Position numbers and translations under genes: made by a program. The notes under the pieces are model-generated. The model saw only the letters and a list, made by a program, of their open reading frames with translations, was not told the DNA's origin and searched no databases. Shown one piece after another: positions 27,401-43,000 of a stretch of 64,000 bases of DNA (the stretch's first letter is position 1; each line of letters starts with the position of its first letter). Origin of the DNA: Auanema rhodensis (taxonomy: Eukaryota > Animalia > Nematoda); assembly GCA_964057225.1 (NCBI GenBank), contig OZ059897.1:19406001-19470000 (forward strand), read 5' to 3'.

Positions 27401-30400
27401 TAGATTCCTTTTTTCAAGGCAAAGACGATGGACAATGTTATTCAACGAAAAAATTATTTCTTCAGGGTGAAAATCGAGGATATAAGTGTGAACTTATATC
27501 AGTTGATATATCGGTGCATTTTTAAGCTAGCGCAAATCTGATAACACAGATCGACGCAGCTTAAAAATCCGCATCGAATGCACTATACTACATTGAGAAA
27601 CGCTTAATACAAAAATTAGTTATGATCGTTTGAAAAATGATGCATTAGTGTATGTTGAGTTTCCATGTACACTCAACATTGCTTCCAAAAACATTTTGAC
27701 AAAAATTTTTTCGAAAAATTTCAAAATAATTTAGCAAAAAGTAGATGTTTTTAGATTCCTTTTTTCAAGGCAAAGACGATGGACAATGTTATTCAACGAA
27801 AAAATTAATTCTTCAGGGTGAAAATCGAGGATATAAGTGTAAACTTATATCAGTTGATATCTCGGTGCATTTTTAAGCTATCGCAAATCTGATAACACAG
27901 ATCGACGCAGCTTAAAAATCCGCATCGAATGCACTATACTACATTGAGAAACGCTTAATACAAAAATTAGTTATGATCGTTTGAAAAATGATGCATTAGT
28001 GTATGTTGAGTTTCCATGTACACTCAACATTGCTTCCAAAAACATTTTGACAAAAATTTTTGCGAAAAATTTCAAAATAATTTAGCAAAAAGTAGATGTT
28101 TTTAGATTCCTTTTTTCAAGGCAAAGACGATGGACAATGTTATTCAACGAAAAAATTAATTCTTCAGGGTGAAAATCGAGGATATAAGTGTAAACTTATA
28201 TCAGTTGATATCTCGGTGCATTTTTAAGCTAGCGCAAATCTGATAACACAGATCGACGCAGCTTAAAAATCCGCATCGAATGCACTATACTACATGGAAG
28301 AACGCTTAATACAAAAATTAGTTATGATCGTTTGAAAAATGATGCATTAGTGTATGTTGAGTTTCCATGTACACTCAACATTGCTTCCAAAAACATTTTG
28401 ACAAAAATTTTTTCGAAAAATTTCAAAATAATTTAGCAAAAAGTAGATGTTTTTAGATTCCTTTTTTCAAGGCAAAGACGATGGACAATGTTATTCAACG
28501 AAAAAATTATTTCTTCAGGGTGAAAATCGAGGATATAAGTGTGAACTTATATCAGTTGATATATCGGTGCATTTTTAAGCTAGCGCAAATCTGATAACAC
28601 AGATCGACGCAGCTTAAAAATCCGCATCGAATGCACTATACTACATTGAGAAACGCTTGATACAAAAATTAGTTATGATCGTTTGAAAAATGATGCATTA
28701 GTGTATGTTGAGTTTCCATGTACACTCAACATTGCTTCCAAAAACATTTTGACAAAAATTTTTTCGAAAAATTTCAAAATAATTTAGCAAAAAGTAGATG
28801 TTTTTAGATTCCTTTTTTCAAGGCAAAGACGATGGACAATGTTATTCAACGAAAAAATTAATTCTTCAGGGTGAAAATCGAGAATATAAGTGTGAACTTA
28901 TATCAGTTGATATCTCGGTACATTTTTAAGCTAGCGCAAATCTGATAACACAGATCGACGCAGCTTAAAAATCCGCATCGAATGCACTATACTACATGGA
29001 AGAACGCTTAATACAAAAATTAGTTATGATCGTTTGAAAAATGATGCTTTAGTGTATGTTGAGTTTCCATGTACACTCAACATTGCTTCCAAAAACATTT
29101 TGACAAAAATTTTTTCGAAAAATTTCAAAATAATTTAGCAAAAAGTAGATGTTTTTAGATTCCTTTTTTCAAGGCGAAGACGATGGACAATGTTATTCAA
29201 CGAAAAAATTATTTCTTCAGGGTGAAAATCGAGGATATAAGTGTGAACTTATATCAGTTGATATCTCGGTACATTTTTAAGCTAGCGCAAATCTGATAAC
29301 ACAGATCGACGCAGCTTAAAAATCCGCATCGAATGCACTATACTACATGGAAGAACGCTTAATACAAAAATTAGTTATGATCGTTTGAAAAATGATGCAT
29401 TAGTGTATGTTGAGTTTCCATGTACACTCAACATTGCTTCCAAAAACATTTTGACAAAAATTTTTTCGAAAAATTTCAAAATAATTTAGCAAAAAGTAGA
29501 TGTTTTTAGATTCCTTTTTTCAAGGCAAAGACGATGGACAATGTTATTCAACGAAAAAATTATTTCTTCAGGGTGAAAATCGAGGATATAAGTGTGAACT
29601 TATATCAGTTGATATATCGGTGCATTTTTAAGCTAGCGCAAATCTGATAACACAGATCGACGCAGCTTAAAAATCCGCATCGAATGCACTATACTACATT
29701 GAGAAACGCTTAATACAAAAATTAGTTATGATCGTTTGAAAAATGATGCATTAGTGTATGTTGAGTTTCCATGTACACTCAATATTGCTTCCAAAAACAT
29801 TTTGACAAAAATTTTTTCGAAAAATTTCAAAATAATTTAGCAAAAAGTAGATGTTTTTAGATTCCTTTTTTTAAGGCAAAGACAATGGACAATGTTATTC
29901 AACGAAAAAATTAATTCTTCAGGGTGAAAATCGAGTATATAAGTGTGAACTTATATCAGTTGATATCTCGGTACATTTTTAAGCTAGCGCAAATCTGATA
30001 ACACAGATCGACGCAGCTTAAAAATCCGCATCGAATGCACTATACTACATGGAAGAACGCTTAATACAAAAATTAGTTATGATCGTTTGAAAAATGATGC
30101 ATTAGTGTATGTTGAGTTTCCATGTACACTCAACATTGCTTCCAAAAACATTTTGACAAAAATTTTTTCGAAAAATTTAAAAATAATTTAGCAAAAAGTA
30201 GATGTTTTTAGATTCCTTTTTTCAAGGCAAAGACGATGGACAATGTTATTCAACGAAAAAATTAATTCTTCAGGGTGAAAATCGAGGATATAAGTGTAAA
30301 CTTATATCAGTTGATATCTCGGTGCATTTTTAAGCTAGCGCAAATCTGATAACACAGATCGACGCAGCTTAAAAATCCGCATCGAATGCACCATACTACA

Positions 30401-33400
30401 TTGAGAAACGCTTAATTTAAAAATTAGTTATGATCGTTTGAAAAATGATGCATTAGTGTATGTTGAGTTTCCATGTACACTCAACATTGCTTCCAAAAAC
30501 ATTTTGACAAAAATTTTTTCGAAAAATTTCAAAATAATTTAGCAAAAAGTAGATGTTTTTAGATTCCTTTTTTCAAGGCAAAGACGATGGACAATGTTAT
30601 TCAACGAAAAAATTAATTCTTCAGGGTGAAAATCGAGGATATAAGTGTAAACTTATATCAGTTGATATCTCGGTGCATTTTCAAGCTAGCGCAAATCTGA
30701 TAACACAGATCGACGCAGCTTAAAAATCCGCATCGAATGCACTATACTACATTGAGAAACGCTTAATACAAAAATTAGTTATGATCGTTTGAAAAATGAT
30801 GCATTAGTGTATGTTGAGTTTCCATGTACACTCAACATTGCTTCCAAAAACATTTTGACAAAAATTTTTTCGAAAAATTTCAAAATAATTTAGCAAAAAG
30901 TAGATGTTTTTAGATTCCTTTTTTCAAGGCAAAGACGATGGACAATGTTATTCAACGAAAAAATTATTTCTTCAGGGTGAAAATCGAGGATATAAGTGTG
31001 AACTTATATCAGTTGATATATCGGTGCATTTTTAAGCTAGCGCAAATCTGATAACACAGATCGACGCAGCTTAAAAATCCGCATCGAATGCACTATACTA
31101 CATTGAGAAACGCTTAATACAAAAATTAGTTATGATCGTTTGAAAAATGATGCATTAGTGTATGTTGAGTTTCCATGTACACTCAACATTGCTTCCAAAA
31201 ACATTTTGACAAAAATTTTTTCGAAAAATTTCAAAATAATTTAGCAAAAAGTAGATGTTTTTAGATTCCTTTTTTTAAGGCAAAGACGATGGACAATGTT
31301 ATTCAACGAAAAAATTAATTCTTCAGGGTGAAAATCGAGGATATAAGTGTGAACTTATATCAGTTGATATCTCGGTACATTTTTAAGCTAGCGCAAATCT
31401 GATAACACAGATCGACGCAGCTTAAAAATCCGCATCGAATGCACTATACTACATGGAAGAACGCTTAATACAAAAATTAGTTATGATCGTTTGAAAAATG
31501 ATGCATTAGTGTATGTTGAGTTTCCATGTACACTCAACATTGCTTCCAAAAACATTTTGACAAAAATTTTTTCGAAAAATTTAAAAATAATTTAGCAAAA
31601 AGTAGATGTTTTTAGATTCCTTTTTTTAAGGCAAAGACGATGGACAATGTTATTCAACGAAAAAATTAATTCTTCAGGGTGAAAATCGAGGATATAAGTG
31701 TAAACTTATATCAGTTGATATCTCGGTGCATTTTTAAGCTAGCGCAAATCTGATAACACAGATCGACGCAGCTTAAAAATCCGCATCGAATGCACCATAC
31801 TACATTGACAAACGCTTAATTTGAAAATTAGTTATGATCGTTTGAAAAATGATGCATTAGTGTATGTTGAGTTTCCATGTACACTCAACATTGCTTCCAA
31901 AAACATTTTGACAAAAATTTTTTCGAAAAATTTCAAAATAATTTAGCAAAAAGTAGATGTTTTTAGATTCCTTTTTTTAAGGCAAAGACGATGGACAATG
32001 TTATTCAACGAAAAAATTAATTCTTCAGGGTGAAAATCGAGGATATAAGTGTGAACTTATATCAGTTGATATCTCGGTACATTTTTAAGCTAGCGCAAAT
32101 CTGATAACACAGATCGACGCAGCTTAAAAATCCGCATCGAATGCACTATACTACATGGAAGAACGCTTAATACAAAAATTAGTTATGATCGTTTGAAAAA
32201 TGATGCATTAGTGTATGTTGAGTTTCCATGTACACTCAACATTGCTTCCAAAAACATTTTGACAAAAATTTTTTCGAAAAATTTAAAAATAATTTAGCAA
32301 AAAGTAGATGTTTTTAGATTCCTTTTTTCAAGGCAAAGACGATGGACAATGTTATTCAACGAAAAAATTAATTCTTCAGGGTGAAAATCGAGGATATAAG
32401 TGTAAACTTATATCAGTTGATATCTCGGTGCATTTTTAAGCTAGCGCAAATCTGATAACACAGATCGACGCAGCTTAAAAATCCGCATCGAATGCACCAT
32501 ACTACATTGACAAACGCTTAATTTGAAAATTAGTTATGATCGTTTGAAAAATGATGCATTAGTGTATGTTGAGTTTCCATGTACACTCAACATTGCTTCC
32601 AAAAACATTTTGACAAAAATTTTTTCGAAAAATTTTAAAATAATTTAGCAAAAAGTAGATGTTTTTAGATTCCTTTTTTTAAGGCAAAGACGATGGACAA
32701 TGTTATTCAACGAAAAAATTAATTCTTCAGGGTGAAAATCGAGGATATAAGTGTGAACTTATATCAGTTGATATCTCGGTACATTTTTAAGCTAGCGCAA
32801 ATCTGATAACACAGATCGACGCAGCTTAAAAATCCGCATCGAATGCACTATACTACATGGAAGAACGCTTAATACAAAAATTAGTTATGATCGTTTGAAA
32901 AATGATGCATTAGTGTATGTTGAGTTTCCATGTACACTCAACATTGCTTCCAAAAACATTTTGACAAAAATTTTTTCGAAAAATTTCAAAATAATTTAGC
33001 AAAAAGTAGATGTTTTTAGATTCCTTTTTTCAAGGCAAAGACGATGGACAATGTTATTCAACGAAAAAATTAATTCTTCAGGGTGAAAATCGAGGATATA
33101 AGTGTAAACTTATATCAGTTGATATCTCGGTGCATTTTTAAGCTATCGCAAATCTGATAACACAGATCGACGCAGCTTAAAAATCCGCATCGAATGCACT
33201 ATACTACATTGAGAAACGCTTAATACAAAAATTAGTTATGATCGTTTGAAAAATGATGCATTAGTGTATGTTGAGTTTCCATGTACACTCAACATTGCTT
33301 CCAAAAACATTTTGACAAAAATTTTTTCGAAAAATTTCAAAATAATTTAGCAAAAAGTAGATGTTTTTAGATTCCTTTTTTCAAGGCAAAGACGATGGAC

Positions 33401-36400
33401 AATGTTATTCAACGAAAAAATTATTTCTTCAGGGTGAAAATCGAGGATATAAGTGTGAACTTATATCAGTTGATATATCGGTGCATTTTTAAGCTAGCGC
33501 AAATCTGATAACACAGATCGACGCAGCTTAAAAATCCGCATCGAATGCACTATACTACATTGAGAAACGCTTAATACAAAAATTAGTTATGATCGTTTGA
33601 AAAATGATGCATTAGTGTATGTTGAGTTTCCATGTACACTCAACATTGCTTCCAAAAACATTTTGACAAAAATTTTTTCGAAAAATTTCAAAATAATTTA
33701 GCAAAAAGTAGATGTTTTTAGATTCCTTTTTTCAAGGCAAAGACGATGGACAATGTTATTCAACGAAAAAATTATTTCTTCAGGGTGAAAATCGAGGATA
33801 TAAGTGTGAACTTATATCAGTTGATATATCGGTGCATTTTTAAGCTAGCGCAAATCTGATAACACAGATCGACGCAGCTTAAAAATCCGCATCGAATGCA
33901 CTATACTACATTGAGAAACGCTTAATACAAAAATTAGTTATGATCGTTTGAAAAATGATGCATTAGTGTATGTTGAGTTTCCATGTACACTCAACATTGC
34001 TTCCAAAAACATTTTGACAAAAATTTTTTCGAAAAATTTCAAAATAATTTAGCAAAAAGTAGATGTTTTTAGATTCCTTTTTTTAAGGCAAAGACGATGG
34101 ACAATGTTATTCAACGAAAAAATTAATTCTTCAGGGTGAAAATCGAGGATATAAGTGTGAACTAATATCAGTTGATATCTCGGTACATTTTTAAGCTAGC
34201 GCAAATCTGATAACACAGATCGACGCAGCTTAAAAATCCGCATCGAATGCACTATACTACATGGAAGAACGCTTAATACAAAAATTAGTTATGATCGTTT
34301 GAAAAATGATGCATTAGTGTATGTTGAGTTTCCATGTACACTCAACATTGCTTCCAAAAACATTTTGACAAAAATTTTTTCGAAAAATTTCAAAATAATT
34401 TAGCAAAAAGTAGATGTTTTTAGATTTCTTTTTTCAAGGCAAAGACGATGGACAATGTTATTCAACGAAAAAATTAATTCTTCAGGGTGAAAATCGAGGA
34501 TATAAGTGTAAACTTATATCAGTTGATATCTCGGTGCATTTTTAAGCTAGCGCAAATCTGATAACACAGATCGACGCAGCTTAAAAATCCGCATCGAATG
34601 CACTATACTACATGGAAGAACGCTTAATACAAAAATTAGTTATGATCGTTTGAAAAATGATGCATTAGTGTATGTTGAGTTTCCATGTACACTCAACATT
34701 GCTTCCAAAAACATTTTGACAAAAATTTTTTCGAAAAATTTAAAAATAATTTAGCAAAAAGTAGATGTTTTTAGATTCCTTTTTTTAAGGCAAAGACGAT
34801 GGACAATGTTATTCAACGAAAAAATTAATTCTTCAGGGTGAAAATCGAGGATATAAGTGTAAACTTATATCAGTTGATATCTCGGTGCATTTTTAAGCTA
34901 GCGCAAATCTGATAACACAGATCGACGCAGCTTAAAAATCCGCATCGAATGCACCATACTACATTGACAAACGCTTAATTTGAAAATTAGTTATGATCGT
35001 TTGAAAAATGATGCATTAGTGTATGTTGAGTTTCCATGTACACTCAACATTGCTTCCAAAAACATTTTGACAAAAATTTTTTCGAAAAATTTCAAAATAA
35101 TTTAGCAAAAAGTAGATGTTTTTAGATTCCTTTTTTTAAGGCAAAGACGATGGACAATGTTATTCAACGAAAAAATTAATTCTTCAGGGTGAAAATCGAG
35201 GATATAAGTGTGAACTTATATCAGTTGATATCTCGGTACATTTTTAAGCTAGCGCAAATCTGATAACACAGATCGACGCAGCTTAAAAATCCGCATCGAA
35301 TGCACTATACTACATGGAAGAACGCTTAATACAAAAATTAGTTATGATCGTTTGAAAAATGATGCATTAGTGTATGTTGAGTTTCCATGTACACTCAACA
35401 TTGCTTCCAAAAACATTTTGACAAAAATTTTTTCGAAAAATTTAAAAATAATTTAGCAAAAAGTAGATGTTTTTAGATTCCTTTTTTCAAGGCAAAGACG
35501 ATGGACAATGTTATTCAACGAAAAAATTAATTCTTCAGGGTGAAAATCGAGGATATAAGTGTAAACTTATATCAGTTGATATCTCGGTGCATTTTTAAGC
35601 TAGCGCAAATCTGATAACACAGATCGACGCAGCTTAAAAATCCGCATCGAATGCACCATACTACATTGACAAACGCTTAATTTGAAAATTAGTTATGATC
35701 GTTTGAAAAATGATGCATTAGTGTATGTTGAGTTTCCATGTACACTCAACATTGCTTCCAAAAACATTTTGACAAAAATTTTTTCGAAAAATTTTAAAAT
35801 AATTTAGCAAAAAGTAGATGTTTTTAGATTCCTTTTTTTAAGGCAAAGACGATGGACAATGTTATTCAACGAAAAAATTAATTCTTCAGGGTGAAAATCG
35901 AGGATATAAGTGTGAACTTATATCAGTTGATATCTCGGTACATTTTTAAGCTAGCGCAAATCTGATAACACAGATCGACGCAGCTTAAAAATCCGCATCG
36001 AATGCACTATACTACATGGAAGAACGCTTAATACAAAAATTAGTTATGATCGTTTGAAAAATGATGCATTAGTGTATGTTGAGTTTCCATGTACACTCAA
36101 CATTGCTTCCAAAAACATTTTGACAAAAATTTTTTCGAAAAATTTCAAAATAATTTAGCAAAAAGTAGATGTTTTTAGATTCCTTTTTTCAAGGCAAAGA
36201 CGATGGACAATGTTATTCAACGAAAAAATTAATTCTTCAGGGTGAAAATCGAGGATATAAGTGTAAACTTATATCAGTTGATATCTCGGTGCATTTTTAA
36301 GCTATCGCAAATCTGATAACACAGATCGACGCAGCTTAAAAATCCGCATCGAATGCACTATACTACATTGAGAAACGCTTAATACAAAAATTAGTTATGA

Positions 36401-39400
36401 TCGTTTGAAAAATGATGCATTAGTGTATGTTGAGTTTCCATGTACACTCAACATTGCTTCCAAAAACATTTTGACAAAAATTTTTTCGAAAAATTTCAAA
36501 ATAATTTAGCAAAAAGTAGATGTTTTTAGATTCCTTTTTTCAAGGCAAAGACGATGGACAATGTTATTCAACGAAAAAATTATTTCTTCAGGGTGAAAAT
36601 CGAGGATATAAGTGTGAACTTATATCAGTTGATATATCGGTGCATTTTTAAGCTAGCGCAAATCTGATAACACAGATCGACGCAGCTTAAAAATCCGCAT
36701 CGAATGCACTATACTACATTGAGAAACGCTTAATACAAAAATTAGTTATGATCGTTTGAAAAATGATGCATTAGTGTATGTTGAGTTTCCATGTACACTC
36801 AACATTGCTTCCAAAAACATTTTGACAAAAATTTTTTCGAAAAATTTCAAAATAATTTAGCAAAAAGTAGATGTTTTTAGATTCCTTTTTTTAAGGCAAA
36901 GACGATGGACAATGTTATTCAACGAAAAAATTAATTCTTCAGGGTGAAAATCGAGGATATAAGTGTGAACTAATATCAGTTGATATCTCGGTACATTTTT
37001 AAGCTAGCGCAAATCTGATAACACAGATCGACGCAGCTTAAAAATCCGCATCGAATGCACTATACTACATGGAAGAACGCTTAATACAAAAATTAGTTAT
37101 GATCGTTTGAAAAATGATGCATTAGTGTATGTTGAGTTTCCATGTACACTCAACATTGCTTCCAAAAACATTTTGACAAAAATTTTTTCGAAAAATTTCA
37201 AAATAATTTAGCAAAAAGTAGATGTTTTTAGATTCCTTTTTTCAAGGCAAAGACGATGGACAATGTTATTCAACGAAAAAATTAATTCTTCAGGGTGAAA
37301 ATCGAGGATATAAGTGTAAACTTATATCAGTTGATATCTCGGTGCATTTTTAAGCTAGCGCAAATCTGATAACACAGATCGACGCAGCTTAAAAATCCGC
37401 ATCGAATGCACCATACTACATTGAGAAACGCTTAATTTAAAAATTAGTTATGATCGTTTGAAAAATGATGCATTAGTGTATGTTGAGTTTCCATGTACAC
37501 TCAACATTGCTTCCAAAAACATTTTGACAAAAATTTTTTCGAAAAATTTTAAAATAATTTAGCAAAAAGTAGATGTTTTTAGATTCCTTTTTTTAAGGCA
37601 AAGACGATGGACAATGTTATTCAACGAAAAAATTAATTCTTCAGGGTGAAAATCGAGGATATAAGTGTGAACTTATATCAGTTGATATCTCGGTACATTT
37701 TTAAGCTAGCGCAAATCTGATAACACAGATCGACGCAGCTTAAAAATCCGCATCGAATGCACTATACTACATGGAAGAACGCTTAATACAAAAATTAGTT
37801 ATGATCGTTTGAAAAATGATGCATTAGTGTATGTTGAGTTTCCATGTACACTCAACATTGCTTCCAAAAACATTTTGACAAAAATTTTTTCGAAAAATTT
37901 CAGAATAATTTAGCAAAAAGTAGATGTTTTTAGATTCCTTTTTTCAAGGCAAAGACGATGGACAATGTTATTCAACGAAAAAATTAATTCTTCAGGGTGA
38001 AAATCGAGGATATAAGTGTAAACTTATATCAGTTGATATCTCGGTGCATTTTTAAGCTAGCGCAAATCTGATAACACAGATCGACGCAGCTTAAAAATCC
38101 GCATCGAATGCACCATACTACATTGAGAAACGCTTAATTTAAAGATTAGTTATGATCGTTTGAAAAATGATGCATTAGTGTATGTTGAGTTTCCATGTAC
38201 ACTCAACATTGCTTCCAAAAACATTTTGACAAAAATTTTTTCGAAAAATTTCAAAATAATTTAGCAAAAAGTAGATGTTTTTAGATTCCTTTTTTCAAGG
38301 CAAAGACGATGGACAATGTTATTCAACGAAAAAATTAATTCTTCAGGGTGAAAATCGAGGATATAAGTGTAAACTTATATCAGTTGATATCTCGGTGCAT
38401 TTTTAAGCTATCGCAAATCTGATAACACAGATCGACGCAGCTTAAAAATCCGCATCGAATGCACTATACTACATTGAGAAACGCTTAATACAAAAATTAG
38501 TTATGATCGTTTGAAAAATGATGCATTAGTGTATGTTGAGTTTCCATGTACACTCAACATTGCTTCCAAAAACATTTTGACAAAAATTTTTGCGAAAAAT
38601 TTCAAAATAATTTAGCAAAAAGTAGATGTTTTTAGATTCCTTTTTTCAAGGCAAAGACGATGGACAATGTTATTCAACGAAAAAATTAATTCTTCAGGGT
38701 GAAAATCGAGGATATAAGTGTGAACTTATATCAGTTGATATCTCGGTACATTTTTAAGCTAGCGCAAATCTGATAACACAGATCGACGCAGCTTAAAAAT
38801 CCGCATCGAATGCACTATACTACATGGAAGAACGCTTAATACAAAAATTAGTTATGATCGTTTGAAAAATGATGCATTAGTGTATGTTGAGTTTCCATGT
38901 ACACTCAACATTGCTTCCAAAAACATTTTGACAAAAATTTTTTCGAAAAATTTCAAAATAATTTAGCAAAAAGTAGATGTTTTTAGATTCCTTTTTTCAA
39001 GGCAAAGACGATGGACAATGTTATTCAACGAAAAAATTAATTCTTCAGGGTGAAAATCGAGGATATAAGTGTAAACTTATATCAGTTGATATCTCGGTGC
39101 ATTTTTAAGCTAGCGCAAATCTGATAACACAGATCGACGCAGCTTAAAAATCCGCATCGAATGCACCATACTACATTGAGAAACGCTTAATTTAAAGATT
39201 AGTTATGATCGTTTGAAAAATGATGCATTAGTGTATGTTGAGTTTCCATGTACACTCAACATTGCTTCCAAAAACATTTTGACAAAAATTTTTTCGAAAA
39301 ATTTCAAAATAATTTAGCAAAAAGTAGATGTTTTTAGATTCCTTTTTTCAAGGCAAAGACGATGGACAATGTTATTCAACGAAAAAATTAATTCTTCAGG

Positions 39401-40017
39401 GTGAAAATCGAGGATATAAGTGTAAACTTATATCAGTTGATATCTCGGTGCATTTTTAAGCTATCGCAAATCTGATAACACAGATCGACGCAGCTTAAAA
39501 ATCCGCATCGAATGCACTATACTACATTGAGAAACGCTTAATACAAAAATTAGTTATGATCGTTTGAAAAATGATGCATTAGTGTATGTTGAGTTTCCAT
39601 GTACACTCAACATTGCTTCCAAAAACATTTTGACAAAAATTTTTGCGAAAAATTACAAAATAATTTAGCAAAAAGTAGATGTTTTTAGATTCCTTTTTTC
39701 AAGGCAAAGACGATGGACAATGTTATTCAACGAAAAAATTAATTCTTCAGGGTGAAAATCGAGGATATAAGTGTAAACTTATATCAGTTGATATCTCGGT
39801 GCATTTTTAAGCTAGCGCAAATCTGATAACACAGATCGACGCAGCTTAAAAATCCGCATCGAATGCACTATACTACATTGAGAAACGCTTAATACAAAAA
39901 TTAGTTATGATCGTTTGAAAAATGATGCATTAGTGTATGTTGAGTTTCCATGTACACTCAACATTGCTTCCAAAAACATTTTGACAAAAATTTTTTCGAA
40001 AAATTTCAAAATAATTT
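9479..40017. repeat. Satellite subfamily domain B (U28-U114)
   Basis: Mixture of type X monomers (GTGA loop, GGTAC, ATGGAAGAAC) and type Y monomers (A76T, C129A, ATTGAGAAAC); from ~30 kb also GCACCATAC types. C129A is seen from U38 to U105. Boundaries approximate. Confidence 0.65.
31594..37209. repeat. Higher-order duplication with 9-monomer (3159 bp) offset: U91-U98 vs U100-U106
   Basis: ATTGACAAAC + AATTTGAAAA (U91/U93, U100/U102), GCTATCGC (U95, U104), type Y (U96-97, U105) and ACTAATATC (U98, U106) recur in the same order. Confidence 0.85.
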
Positions 40018-43000
40018 AGCAAAAAGTAGATGTTTTTAGATTTCTTTTTTCAAGGCAAAGACGATGGACAATGTTATTCAACGAAAAAATTAATTCTTCT
40101 GGGTGAAAATCGAGGATATAAGTGTAAACATATATATGTTGATATCTCGGTACATTTTTAAGCTAGCGCAAATCTGATAACACAGATCGACGCAGCTTAA
40201 AAATCCGCATCGAATGCACTATACTACATTGAGAAACGCTTAATACAAAAATTAGTTATGATCGATTGAAAAATGATGCATTAGTGTATGTTGAGTTTCC
40301 ATGTACACTCAACATTGCTTCCAAAAACATTTTGACAAAAATTTTTTCGAAAAATTTCAAAATAATTTAGCAAAAAGTAGATGTTTTTAGATTCCTTTTT
40401 TCAAGGCAAAGACGATGGACAATGTTATTCAACGAAAAAATTATTTCTTCAGGGTGAAAATCGAGGATATAAGTGTGAACTTATATCAGTTGATATCTCG
40501 GTACATTTTTAAGCTAGCGCAAATCTGATAACACAGATCGACGCAGCTTAAAAATCCGCATCGAATGCACTATACTACATGGAAGAACGCTTAATACAAA
40601 AATTAGTTATGATCGTTTGAAAAATGATGCATTAGTGTATGTTGAGTTTCCATGTACACTCAACATTGCTTCCAAAAACATTTTGACAAAAATTTTTTCG
40701 AAAAATTTCAAAATAATTTAGCAAAAAGTAGATGTTTTTAGATTCCTTTTTCCAAGGCAAAGACGATGGACAATGTTATTCAACGAAAAAATTAATTCTT
40801 CAGGGTGAAAATCGAGGATATAAGTGTAAACTTATATCAGTTGATATCTCGGTGCATTTTTAAGCTAGCGCAAATCTAATAACACAGATCGACGCAGCTT
40901 AAAAATCCGCATCGAATGCACTATACTACATGGAAGAACGCTTAATACAAAAATTAGTTATGATCGTTTGAAAAATGATGCATTAGTGTATGTTGAGTTT
41001 CCATGTACACTCAACATTGCTTCCAAAAACATTTTGACAAAAATTTTTTCGAAAAATTTTAAAATAATTTAGCAAAAAGTAGATGTTTTTAGATTCCTTT
41101 TTTTAAGGCAAAGACGATGGACAATGTTATTCAACGAAAAAATTAATTCTTCAGGGTGAAAATCGAGGATATAAGTGTGAACTTATATCAGTTGATATCT
41201 CGGTACATTTTTAAGCTAGCGCAAATCTGATAACACAGATCGACGCAGCTTAAAAATCCGCATCGAATGCACTATACTACATGGAAGAACGCTTAATACA
41301 AAAATTAGTTATGATCGTTTGAAAAATGATGCATTAGTGTATGTTGAGTTTCCATGTACACTCAACATTGCTTCCAAAAACATTTTGACAAAAATTTTTT
41401 CGAAAAATTTCAAAATAATTTAGCAAAAAGTAGATGTTTTTAGATTCCTTTTTCCAAGGCAAAGACGATGGACAATGTTATTCAACGAAAAAATTAATTC
41501 TTCAGGGTGAAAATCGAGGATATAAGTGTAAACTTATATCAGTTGATATCTCGGTGCATTTTTAAGCTAGCGCAAATCTAATAACACAGATCGACGCAGC
41601 TTAAAAATCCGCATCGAATGCACTATACTACATTGAGAAACGCTTAATACAAAAATTAGTTATGATCGTTTGAAAAATGATGCATTAGTGTATGTTGAGT
41701 TTCCATGTACACTCAACATTGCTTCCAAAAACATTTTGACAAAAATTTTTTCGAAAAATTTTAAAATAATTTAGCAAAAAGTAGATGTTTTTAGATTCCT
41801 TTTTTTAAGGCAAAGACGACGGACAATGTTATTCAACGAAAAAATTAATTCTTCAGGGTGAAAATCGAGGATATAAGTGTGAACTTATATCAGTTGATAT
41901 CTCGGTACATTTTTAAGCTAGCGCAAATCTGATAACACAGATCGACGCAGCTTAAAAATCCGCATCGAATGCACTATACTACATGGAAGAACGCTTAATA
42001 CAAAAATTAGTTATGATCGTTTGAAAAATGATGCATTAGTGTATGTTGAGTTTCCATGTACACTCAACATTGCTTCCAAAAACATTTTGACAAAAATTTT
42101 TTCGAAAAATTTCAAAATAATTTAGCAAAAAGTAGATGTTTTTAGATTCCTTTTTTCAAGGCAAAGACGATGGACAATGTTATTCAACGAAAAAATTAAT
42201 TCTTCAGGGTGAAAATCGAGGATATAAGTGTAAACTTATATCAGTTGATATCTCGGTGCATTTTTAAGCTAGCGCAAATCTGATAACACAGATCGACGCA
42301 GCTTAAAAATCCGCATCGAATGCACCATACTACATTGAGAAACGCTTAATTTAAAAATTAGTTATGATCGTTTGAAAAATGATGCATTAGTGTATGTTGA
42401 GTTTCCATGTACACTCAACATTGCTTCCAAAAACATTTTGACAAAAATTTTTGCGAAAAATTTCAAAATAATTTAGCAAAAAGTAGATGTTTTTAGATTC
42501 CTTTTTTCAAGGCAAAGACGATGGACAATGTTATTCAACGAAAAAATTAATTCTTCAGGGTGAAAATCGAGGATATAAGTGTAAACTTATATCAGTTGAT
42601 ATCTCGGTGCATTTTTAAGCTAGCGCAAATCTGATAACACAGATCGACGCAGCTTAAAAATCCGCATCGAATGCACTATACTACATTGAGAAACGCTTAA
42701 TACAAAAATTAGTTATGATCGATTGAAAAATGATGCATTAGTGTATGTTGAGTTTCCATGTACACTCAACATTGCTTCCAAAAACATTTTGACAAAAATT
42801 TTTTCGAAAAATTTCAGAATAATTTAGCAAAAAGTAGATGTTTTTAGATTCCTTTTTTCAAGGCAAAGACGATGGACAATGTTATTCAACGAAAAAATTA
42901 ATTCTTCTGGGTGAAAATCGAGGATATAAGTGTAAACATATATATGTTGATATCTCGGTACATTTTTAAGCTAGCGCAAATCTGATAACACAGATCGACG

